A stretch of 11,082 bases of DNA from Deinococcaceae bacterium (lineage in GTDB: Bacteria; Deinococcota; Deinococci; Deinococcales; Trueperaceae), in the NCBI GenBank assembly GCA_040256005.1, contig JBDZWC010000099.1, positions 1-11,082 on the forward strand, written 5' to 3'. Below the pieces are notes generated by a model. That model had not been told where the DNA came from, ran no database searches, and worked only from the letters and a program-made list of their open reading frames with translations. Made by a program: the position numbers and the translations under genes. Position 1 is the first letter of the stretch. The number at the start of each line of letters is the position of its first letter. Below are positions 1 through 7,375 of this stretch, piece by piece.

Positions 1-1
1 C

Positions 2-316
2 CGGACGGCCCGCTCCAAGGGCGTGGCCGAGCCCAGCGTCATCACCAAGCACGCCCTGCGCAACGCGCTCATACCGGTCGTCACCGTGATCGGGCCCCTG
101 TTCGCGGCGTTGGTGACCGGGTCCATGGTCGTCGAGGAGATCTTCGCGATCCCGGGCCTGGGCAGCTACTTCGTGGACAGCGTCTCGTCGCGCGACTACC
201 CGGTGATCATGGGCACCACGCTGCTCTACTCGGTCGTCCTGGTGGTCGCGAACCTCGTCGTCGACGTCTCCTACTCGCTCATCGACCCGCGTATCCGGCT
301 GGGAGACGCGTCGTGA
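2..316 (+). CDS. Oligopeptide/dipeptide ABC transporter permease (OppB/DppB type), C-terminal part; 5'-truncated by window edge
   Basis: The frame is open from position 2 and reads RTARSKGVAEPSVITKHALRNALIP (EAA loop), then VVEEIFAIPGLG, RDYPVIMG and DVSYSLIDPRIR, all OppB-family hallmarks. The GTG at 23 is internal, not the real start. Confidence 0.93.
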   Translation, partial: RTARSKGVAEPSVITKHALRNALIPVVTVIGPLFAALVTGSMVVEEIFAIPGLGSYFVDSVSSRDYPVIMGTTLLYSVVLVVANLVVDVSYSLIDPRIRLGDAS

Positions 317-1275
317 GCGCGAGCGCCGTGGGCCAGGTGGCCGTCGCCACCCGGGGCACCGCCAAGGTCGACTCGCCCGGGCGCCGGGCGGTGCGCCGGC
401 TGCTGCGCAACAAGCCCGCCGTGGCCAGCGCCGTCTTCCTGGTGGCCCTCATCCTGGTGGCCGCGGCCGCGCCGTGGGTGGCGCCCAAGCACTTCGCCCA
501 GGCCAACTTCATGGCCACCTTCGCTCGGCCCGGAGGCGAGTACCTGCTGGGAGCGGACTTCCTGGGACGGGACCTGCTGTCGCGCATCATCTATGGCACG
601 CGCATCTCGCTCTCGGTCGCGTTCCTGGGCGCGTTCTTCGCCTTCGCCGTGGGGCTCGTCTACGGAGTGGTCGCCGGCTACAAGGGCGGCCGCACCGACG
701 CGATCCTCATGCGCACCGTGGACATCCTCTACGCGTTCCCCAGCCTCCTGTTCATCATCCTGCTGATGGTGTCGTTCAAGACCGGCTTCGGCGGCGGGCT
801 GTCCGAGAGCCCGTTCGTGCGGGCCATCAACGGAATCGACACGCGGCTGGGCGGCGTGTTCCTGATCATCCTCGGCATCAGCCTCACCTCGTGGGTGGGC
901 ATGGCGCGCCTGACCCGCGGCATGGCGCTGGCGCTGCGCCGCGCCGACTACGTGCAGGCGGCGGAGGCGTTGGGCGCCGGCGACTGGCGCATCGTGGCCA
1001 AGCACGTCGTGCCCGGGCTGGTGGGCCCGCTGCTCGTGCAGGTGACCCTCGCCATCCCCTCCTTCATCGCGACCGAGGCGTTCCTAAGCTTCATCGGCAT
1101 CGGCGCCACGCCCCCCACTCCCAGCTGGGGGACGATGATCGCCGAGGGCATCGGCTCCATGCGCTCCCATCCGCACCTGGCGATCTACCCCGGCATCGCC
1201 TTGGCCCTGGTGATGCTCGCCTTCAACTTCCTGGGCGACGGGCTGCGCGACGCCCTGGACCCCTACTCGAGATGA
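313..1275 (+). CDS. Oligopeptide/dipeptide ABC transporter permease (OppC/DppC type)
   Basis: Motifs RRLLRNKPA, YLLGADFLGRDLLSRIIYGTRISL, EAA loop YVQAAEALGA, EAFLSFIGIG, PSWGTMI and FNFLGDGLRDALDP. GTGA start/stop overlap with the upstream permease. Confidence 0.95.
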   Translation: MSASAVGQVAVATRGTAKVDSPGRRAVRRLLRNKPAVASAVFLVALILVAAAAPWVAPKHFAQANFMATFARPGGEYLLGADFLGRDLLSRIIYGTRISLSVAFLGAFFAFAVGLVYGVVAGYKGGRTDAILMRTVDILYAFPSLLFIILLMVSFKTGFGGGLSESPFVRAINGIDTRLGGVFLIILGISLTSWVGMARLTRGMALALRRADYVQAAEALGAGDWRIVAKHVVPGLVGPLLVQVTLAIPSFIATEAFLSFIGIGATPPTPSWGTMIAEGIGSMRSHPHLAIYPGIALALVMLAFNFLGDGLRDALDPYSR

Positions 1276-1303
1276 CGGCCACCGACATGGAACACGGAGA
1301 GAT

Positions 1304-2398
1304 ATGACCCACACGACGACAGGTGCTTACGACCTCGACCTGGAGCTGCTCCAGCGCCTGGCTGATGCTCCGGGCGTCTCGGGGTTCGAGGAGCCGGCGC
1401 AGCGCATCGCCCGCGAGACCCTTCAGCGCTACGCCGACGAGGTGTGGACCGACCGCATGGGCAACGTCATCGCCGTGCGGAAGGCCACCAAGAGCGTGAA
1501 GGGCCCCACCCGCAAGCTGCTCTACGCCGCCCACGTCGACGAGATCGGGATGATGGTCAGCCACGTCGACCCCCAGGGCTTCATCCGCTTCCGGGCGGTA
1601 GGCGGGCTGGACCCGCGGGCGTTGCCCAGCCAGCGTGTCGTGGTGCACGGCACCAGGTCGGGTGACCGTGCCCTCAAGGGCGTCATCGCCACGCAGGCTG
1701 GCTGGCTGGGCGAGGAGGCCGACCGCCAACGCGTCTTCCCCATCAAGGAGCTCTACGTGGACGTCGGGTTGCCCGGGGCCGCTGTCGCCGAGGCCGTCCA
1801 GGTAGGGGACGTGATCACGTTCGCCGCCGGCTTCGAGATGCTCAACGACGACGTGGTCGTGGGGCGGAACTTCGATGACCGCATGGGCGTCTTCTGCCTC
1901 CTCGAGGCGATGCGGCGGCTGCCCGAGTCCGACGTCGACGTCTACGCGGTCAGCACGGTCCAGGAGGAGGTGGGTGTGCGCGGCGTGCCCACGGCCGCCC
2001 ACGCCGTCCAACCGGACATCGCCATCGCGATCGACGGCAGCCTGCCCAGCGACACGCCGTACGCCCGGGCCGAGGAGCGGCAGTGCGAGCTGGGCGCCGG
2101 CACGGGCATCTACGTGATGGACAACAGGACCATCGGCAACCCCGGCCTGCTGAAGGGCCTATACGCGACGTGCGAGGCCCACGGGATCCCGTACCAACGC
2201 AACCTGGGCGGAGGCACCGATGCCTCCGAGGTGCAGCGCCGGAACCTGGGCGCCTGGTCCACCACCATCGGGGCGCCCACGCGCTACATGCACTCCACCG
2301 TCCAGCTCTGCCATCTGTCGGACGTTGAGGCGACGGTCAGCCTCCTGGAGCACTTCCCACGCCACGCTGCGGCCGTCCTGCCGCCGGACTGGAGATAG
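1304..2398 (+). CDS. M42 family metallopeptidase (TET/FrvX-like aminopeptidase)
   Basis: Motifs PGVSGFE, DRMGNVIA, AAHVDEIG, DDRMG, QEEVG, IAID, GGTDA and RYMHS give the full dinuclear metal ligand set. GGAG RBS at 1296-1299. Confidence 0.92.
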   Translation: MTHTTTGAYDLDLELLQRLADAPGVSGFEEPAQRIARETLQRYADEVWTDRMGNVIAVRKATKSVKGPTRKLLYAAHVDEIGMMVSHVDPQGFIRFRAVGGLDPRALPSQRVVVHGTRSGDRALKGVIATQAGWLGEEADRQRVFPIKELYVDVGLPGAAVAEAVQVGDVITFAAGFEMLNDDVVVGRNFDDRMGVFCLLEAMRRLPESDVDVYAVSTVQEEVGVRGVPTAAHAVQPDIAIAIDGSLPSDTPYARAEERQCELGAGTGIYVMDNRTIGNPGLLKGLYATCEAHGIPYQRNLGGGTDASEVQRRNLGAWSTTIGAPTRYMHSTVQLCHLSDVEATVSLLEHFPRHAAAVLPPDWR

Positions 2399-2403
2399 GC
2401 GAG

Positions 2404-3558
2404 ATGAAGATCACGAGCCTTGACGTCTTCCCCATCCAGATGTTGCCGGTCAAGACCGGCTACAGGGCCGAGGACGAGCTGTCCAAGATCGCCCGCGTCG
2501 ACACGGTGCTCATCCGCATCAACACCGACACCGACGTCTACGGTCTGGGCGAGGCTGCCACCATCCGCTCCTACTTCAACCAGACCCGCGGCACGCTCGT
2601 CGACTGGCTACAGGCGGCCGGCGACGCGCTGGTGGGAGCCGACCCCCTGGACTTCGTGCAGGTGCACAGGCGCCTCCACCCCGTCGTCGGCGAGAAGCCG
2701 CCGGGCACCCATCCCGCCAGGGCCGCCATCGACATGGCGATCCACGACCTGGCCGGACGCGCCTACGGCGTGCCCGTGTACAAGCTCCTGGGCGGGGCGT
2801 ACCGCACCGAGTTCGAGATGCTCACGAACCTCTACGAGGAGACCGCCGAGGCGAAGGTCGAGGCGGCGCTGGACTTCGTGTCCCGCGGCTTCAAGGGGCT
2901 CAAGGTCAAGGTGGGCGACTCGTTCATCCTCAACGGCTACAGCGTCCGTAACGTCCACCACGAGCTGGGCATGCTCAAGGCCGTGCTGGACGCCGTGCCC
3001 AGCGACATCTACGTGGACGCGGACTCCAACCAGTCGTGGCAGACCGCCAAGTTCGCGGTCCGCGCCGTGGAGTACCTGACCCAGGACCGCTTCTACCCGA
3101 ACCTGTCCATCGAGCAGCCGCTGCATCACCTGGACTTCGTGGGCCACGGCTACGTGCGCGACGCTCTGAGCGTGCCGCTCATCCTCGACGAGACGATCGT
3201 CTCGCCCGAGGCCATGCTGCAGGTCGTCAAGCACCGCGCCGCCGACCGGATCGTCCTCAAGATGAACCGCGTCGGCGGGTACATGAACGCCATGCGCGTG
3301 GCCGCGATCTGCGAGGCGGAGGGCATCGGGATCTCGCTCGACACCATGCCTTTCACCAAGCTGGGCGACACGGCCCACTGCCACCTGGCCGCCGCTCTGC
3401 GCGACCCCTACCCGGTGGACGCCGAGGGTCACCTGTGGTTCCAGGACACGCCCATCGTCGGTGGCCTCGAGCTGGAGGGCGGCACGGCGCGGCTGTCCGA
3501 CGAGCCGGGCCTGGGCTGCGAGCTGAACCTAGAGAAGCTGGAGCGGATGGCGGCTTGA
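2404..3558 (+). CDS. Mandelate racemase/muconate lactonizing enzyme family protein (enolase superfamily, MLE subgroup; probable racemase/epimerase)
   Basis: Capping domain G-L-G-E and AAIDMAIHDLAGRAYGVPVYKLLGG; KxK (K167/K169); Mg ligands D207 (DSN), E237 (IEQP), D262 (LDE); second catalytic Lys K286 (LKMNRVGG); C-terminal PGLG. GGAG RBS at 2391-2394. Confidence 0.93.
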   Translation: MKITSLDVFPIQMLPVKTGYRAEDELSKIARVDTVLIRINTDTDVYGLGEAATIRSYFNQTRGTLVDWLQAAGDALVGADPLDFVQVHRRLHPVVGEKPPGTHPARAAIDMAIHDLAGRAYGVPVYKLLGGAYRTEFEMLTNLYEETAEAKVEAALDFVSRGFKGLKVKVGDSFILNGYSVRNVHHELGMLKAVLDAVPSDIYVDADSNQSWQTAKFAVRAVEYLTQDRFYPNLSIEQPLHHLDFVGHGYVRDALSVPLILDETIVSPEAMLQVVKHRAADRIVLKMNRVGGYMNAMRVAAICEAEGIGISLDTMPFTKLGDTAHCHLAAALRDPYPVDAEGHLWFQDTPIVGGLELEGGTARLSDEPGLGCELNLEKLERMAA

Positions 3559-3583
3559 GGGCAGTCGCGGGTTCGGAGCGCCC

Positions 3584-5056
3584 ATGAGGGCGGTCCCTCT
3601 TGGCATGGACCCACCGGCTGCCCGTCGGCGCCCGAACGTCCTGTGGATCATGGCGGACCAGTTGCGCTTCCACGCGCTGGGCCGCAGCGGCGACCCGAAC
3701 GCCCTGACGCCGAACCTCGACCGCCTGGCGGCCCAGGGAGTGTGGTGCACGAACGCGATCAGCCACTACCCGGTCTGCATGCCGTACCGGGCCGGCCTGG
3801 TCACCGGCCTGCGACCCGCGCGCAACGGGGTGCATCGCCATGGCGACTTCCTGGACCCGGGCGCCCGGACCGTGGCCCACGCGTTCGCGGACGCCGGCTA
3901 CCGCACCTCGTGGGTGGGCAAGTGGCACCTGGCACCAGAGTCCGGCGCGGCCTACGTGAGCCCTGAGGGTTGGATCGGCCAGGACTTCTGGGTGCACCCG
4001 CGCCTGCGGGGCGGGTTCCAGGACTGGTACGGGTTCAACATCTCGAACAACTACCTGCAGACGTACATCTGCTCGGGCGAGAAGGTGGAGCCGCGCCGGC
4101 TGGAGGGCTACCAGACGGACGCGCTCACCGACCTGAGCATCGAGTACCTCGAGGGCCTGGCGCGGGGCGCCGAGCCTGATGCGGAACCCTGGTTCCACGT
4201 CATCAGCTACGAGAGCCCCCACCCGGGCGCGGGAGGGAACCCACGCAGCCCGGGCTACCCGGTGCCCGACGAGTACGAGAAGATGTTCGACCCCGACACC
4301 GTGCAGCTGCGTCCCAACGTCCCGCCAACGCACGAAGCCGCGGCGGGCGTGCAGTTGGCCGGCTACTACCGGTTGATCGCCAACCTGGACGCCAACGTCG
4401 GCCGTCTGCTGGCATGGCTGGACGCCAGCGGCCAGTCGGACGACACGCTGGTCGTGTTCCTCAGCGACCACGGCGAGATGGGCGGCAGCCACGGCCGGCG
4501 CAACAAGCAGGTGCCGTACGAGGAGTCACTGCACCTGCCGCTGATCTTCCAGCTGCCCGGCGTCCTGGCCGCCGGGAGCGAGTACGCGGGGCTAATCACC
4601 GGCGTCGACATCTTCCCCACCACGGCCGGGCTGGGCGGGGTGGACGTGCCCGACTCGCTCGACGGCTTGGACCACTCCGCGGCGCTGACCAGCCATGACA
4701 CGGTCCTCCAGGAGGAGGTCCTGGTCCAGTGGGAGGACACCCGCTACGCCTTCGGCGACCACCCCTACCGGGCGATCCGCACGCGCCGCCACACCTACGT
4801 CGTGGCGCGCGACGACGAGTGGTGCCTCCTCTTCGATCACGAGACGGACCCGTTCGAGCTGAACAACCTGTACTGGAACGAGGATGCCACCGACCTCAAG
4901 AGACAGCTGGCCGCGCGCCTGTTGCGACAGCTAGAACGGGCCGGTGAGGAGCCGCCCGCCTACGTGATGCGGCGCCTGGCAGCCGACCGAGTACGATCCG
5001 ACGAAACCGCAGGTAAGTCCCGGTCGCCTAGGGACACGGAGGGTGATGCCCCATGA
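3584..5056 (+). CDS. Formylglycine-dependent (S1, Cys-type) sulfatase-family hydrolase, no signal peptide
   Basis: RPNVLWIMADQ, TPNLDRLA, signature C65-M-P-Y-R-A-G-L-V-T-G (CxPxR), GKWHL, PH, SDHGE, K-x-x-P-Y-E-E and DPFELNNL. GGAG RBS at 3575-3578; alternative start ATG 3605. Confidence 0.93.
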   Translation: MRAVPLGMDPPAARRRPNVLWIMADQLRFHALGRSGDPNALTPNLDRLAAQGVWCTNAISHYPVCMPYRAGLVTGLRPARNGVHRHGDFLDPGARTVAHAFADAGYRTSWVGKWHLAPESGAAYVSPEGWIGQDFWVHPRLRGGFQDWYGFNISNNYLQTYICSGEKVEPRRLEGYQTDALTDLSIEYLEGLARGAEPDAEPWFHVISYESPHPGAGGNPRSPGYPVPDEYEKMFDPDTVQLRPNVPPTHEAAAGVQLAGYYRLIANLDANVGRLLAWLDASGQSDDTLVVFLSDHGEMGGSHGRRNKQVPYEESLHLPLIFQLPGVLAAGSEYAGLITGVDIFPTTAGLGGVDVPDSLDGLDHSAALTSHDTVLQEEVLVQWEDTRYAFGDHPYRAIRTRRHTYVVARDDEWCLLFDHETDPFELNNLYWNEDATDLKRQLAARLLRQLERAGEEPPAYVMRRLAADRVRSDETAGKSRSPRDTEGDAP

Positions 5057-6675
5057 AGCGCCGTCAGTCGCCTCATCTCGCGTTCGCCGATCACACGCCT
5101 CATCTCGGGTCTCGCGACGAAGCTCCCTATCTCGAGTCTCGCGACGTCGCTCCCGGCCTCGTGCCCTGCGACGACGCCCCCGGCCTCGTATCCCGCGACC
5201 GCGCGCCCGGGTTCGTTCGCGCTTTCGTTCTGGCGCTGTCACTGCTCGCCTTGGCCGCCTGCACCAGTGGTCCCTCGGGCGGCGGACCGGCCCTCGGTCA
5301 ACCACAGGACGTGACGACGACGCTGGGCGAACCCGTTACCGTGCCACTCGTCATCGTCAGCGATTCCGCCGCGTCGCTCACCGTCACCGCCACCAGCTCG
5401 AACGAGCAGGTGCTGCCGGATGCCGGCATCCAGGTCACCGGCACGGGGGTGAACCGCTCGCTGGCGCTAGCGCCGAGCCACACGCAGACCGGCACCAGCA
5501 CCGTGACCGTGACGGTGAAGGACGACCGCGGCTTTGCGACGCGCGACTTCGATCTCGAGGTCGAGGTCCTCTTCACGCAGTCCCAGACCCTTACGACCAC
5601 CGGGGCCGAGCCCATCGGCATCTCGCTCGCCATCCAGGGCGAGACGCTGGTAGCTGGAGGGCTGGAGTCCGCGTTCGTGTTCGAGCTCTCGGCCGATGAG
5701 TGGGTCGAGAAGCAGAAGCTCACGTCGCTCGTCAACGGCATCTTCGACGTCAAGGGCTTCGGCGGGGCGGTGGCCCTGGACGGGTCCCGGATCCTGGTGG
5801 GCGCCGACGAGTCCACGAACACGGACGTCTCCCAGGGCGCCGCCTACGTCTTCGACGTGGGCAGCGGCGCCAGCTACGAGTACGACGGGAGCCTCCTCGA
5901 CAACGATCCGGCGGACAACGAGAGGTTCGGTAGGTCCGTGGGTGTGCTGGGCGACGACCTGTTCGTGGGCGTGCCCGGTGGTTCGGTCGCCGACGTGCAG
6001 AGCGGCGCGGTGAACGTGTACCAACCCGACGGGATGGGCGGTTGGTCGCTCCTCGGCAAGCTCACGCCCAGCGACGCCACCACAGGCACCGTGTTCGGGG
6101 AGACGCTGGACGTCTCCACCGGCCTCACGGTGGTCGGCGACTACGCCAACGACGAGCGTGGCACGGACGCCGGGGCGGCGTACGTTTTCGAAGCCGACGG
6201 CGGGTTCTGGTCGGAGGCAACGAAGCTGGCGCCGGCGGAGCTGGACGAGGGCGATCACTTCGGGATCGCGGTCACCGGCGACGGCGACTGGGTGCTAGTG
6301 GGGGCATGGAACGACGACACCCAGGCCGAGGACGCCGGCGCCGTGTACGTCTTCCACCGCGAGGCCAGCGTGTGGGAACAGGTCGACGTCCTGTACTCGC
6401 CGGACCCGGAGCAGTTCGCCGGCTTCGGCTCCTCGCTAGCGCTCGAGTACCCGTACGCGGTGGTGAGCGCCAAGCTGGAGGACGAAGGAGAGAACAACGC
6501 CGGCGCCGTGTACGTGTTCCGGCACGACGGCACCACCTGGCACGAGGTCGCGAAGCTGGCCTCGCCCGAGCCGGCGGCCAACGCGCAGTTCGGCTGGGGC
6601 GTGGGGATCAGCGGCGACCACGTCGTGGCTTCACAAGCATCGCCGGCGCTGACGGTCGTGTTCAGGCGGCAGTGA
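5053..6675 (+). CDS. Putative surface lipoprotein: lipobox + Ig/cadherin-like domain + seven FG-GAP-type repeats (beta-propeller)
   Basis: Hydrophobic AFVLALSLLA followed by lipobox LAAC (Cys70, codon 5260). Thr/Val-rich beta-sandwich (LTVTATSSN...GTSTVTVTVKD). Seven blades (GISLAI, FGGAVAL, FGRSVGV, FGETLDV, FGIAVTG, FGSSLAL, FGWGVGI) with GA(A/V)YVF-type strands. GGAGG at 5038-5042 and ATGA overlap with the sulfatase stop. Confidence 0.85.
   Translation: MKRRQSPHLAFADHTPHLGSRDEAPYLESRDVAPGLVPCDDAPGLVSRDRAPGFVRAFVLALSLLALAACTSGPSGGGPALGQPQDVTTTLGEPVTVPLVIVSDSAASLTVTATSSNEQVLPDAGIQVTGTGVNRSLALAPSHTQTGTSTVTVTVKDDRGFATRDFDLEVEVLFTQSQTLTTTGAEPIGISLAIQGETLVAGGLESAFVFELSADEWVEKQKLTSLVNGIFDVKGFGGAVALDGSRILVGADESTNTDVSQGAAYVFDVGSGASYEYDGSLLDNDPADNERFGRSVGVLGDDLFVGVPGGSVADVQSGAVNVYQPDGMGGWSLLGKLTPSDATTGTVFGETLDVSTGLTVVGDYANDERGTDAGAAYVFEADGGFWSEATKLAPAELDEGDHFGIAVTGDGDWVLVGAWNDDTQAEDAGAVYVFHREASVWEQVDVLYSPDPEQFAGFGSSLALEYPYAVVSAKLEDEGENNAGAVYVFRHDGTTWHEVAKLASPEPAANAQFGWGVGISGDHVVASQASPALTVVFRRQ
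5071..5217 (+). repeat. Degenerate 27-bp in-frame tandem repeat (5 full units + partial) encoding 9-aa units
   Basis: Units start at 5071, 5098, 5125, 5152, 5179 and 5206 and translate as PHLAFADHT / PHLGSRDEA / PYLESRDVA / PGLVPCDDA / PGLVSRDRA / PGFV. Confidence 0.88.
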
Positions 6676-6717
6676 GCCTCGCTGGCGTCCTCGGCGTGGC
6701 CATTGTGGCTCGCCGCC

Positions 6718-6792
6718 CTAGCGCTCCTCGATGATCTCGATTACCAGACCGTCGGCGTCTCAGACGATCACGCTGCGGGCGCCGGACGCGTA
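6718..6792 (-). pseudogene. Possible 3' remnant of a glyoxalase/VOC-family gene with internal stop
   Basis: The minus strand translates YASGARSVIV*DADGLVIEIIEER*, resembling the VOC C-terminal G-x-R-x-x-x-x-(R)-D-P-D-G-x-x-I-E-I motif. The TGA at 6762-6760 is one C>T change from CGA (Arg). Confidence 0.5.
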
Positions 6793-6877
6793 TCGGCAAC
6801 CCCGGCGTGGCCTGCGTGTCCCGTGCGGGCCACGACCCCTTCGCCATGCCAGGCTCACGGGATCCAAGATTGTGACC

Positions 6878-7375
6878 CTACTTGAGCAGGCGGTCGTCTA
6901 ACTCGAGATCGAACAGCTCGCCAGTCTCGACGAGAGAGCGAAAGTCTGGATGTCGTGGGTTCACGAGGTAGTTCATGTACAGAGGGTCGTACCTATAGCG
7001 CTGTGGGATATGGACACTCGGGACCGCAAGGGCCACGCTCTCCTGTGCCTCCAACCACTGATCTCCCACGACTTGACTGACTGTCGAGACAGGCTGCGAG
7101 TTCCACCCTGTCGGCACGTCCTCTTCGCGCAAGATCGCCAAGGCATCTATCGGGAACGTGACCTCGTGAAAGACGAACTCCAGACTGCTGAGTTCGCTAG
7201 CACCGCCGACGTGAACGAGAAGCTCCAACATCGCCAAAGACAGGTTGCCGCTCGTGTAGACGACTTGATGGTTCTGACTGTTCCACCGTCCGCCGACAGC
7301 GTGCGCGCCATCTCCACTCATGGTGGAGTCGCGGTATTGCGCCTTGCTAAGGCGAAACGTGATTATGCGGTTCAG
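6878..7375 (-). CDS. RES-domain toxin (MbcT/ParT-like, NAD+-consuming family), ~165 aa with proposed CTG start
   Basis: Motifs SGDGAHAVGGRWN, VVYTS, LAMLE, VPS and NYLVNPRHP. The frame stays open 18 codons upstream of ATG 7321 (LNRIITFRLSKAQYRDST) up to a TAG at 7378-7376. The family call is strong; the exact start is inferred. Confidence 0.88.
   Translation of the reverse strand: MNRIITFRLSKAQYRDSTMSGDGAHAVGGRWNSQNHQVVYTSGNLSLAMLELLVHVGGASELSSLEFVFHEVTFPIDALAILREEDVPTGWNSQPVSTVSQVVGDQWLEAQESVALAVPSVHIPQRYRYDPLYMNYLVNPRHPDFRSLVETGELFDLELDDRLLK

Noticed and set aside
5071..5217. Possible CRISPR array
   Set aside because: The units are contiguous, degenerate and in frame, with no unique spacers and no cas genes.
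5043..5699. Arg/Ser-rich protamine-like ORF over the 27-bp repeat
   Set aside because: It is an alternate frame of the repeat and lipoprotein gene; the Arg richness follows from GC content and periodicity.
271..6258. Numerous long minus-strand and alternate-frame ORFs over the operon (e.g. 271-1005, 1223-2011, 2608-3432, 3353-4492, 5467-6258)
   Set aside because: No recognisable motifs; they are R/G/P-rich or mirror-codon products overlapping well-supported genes.
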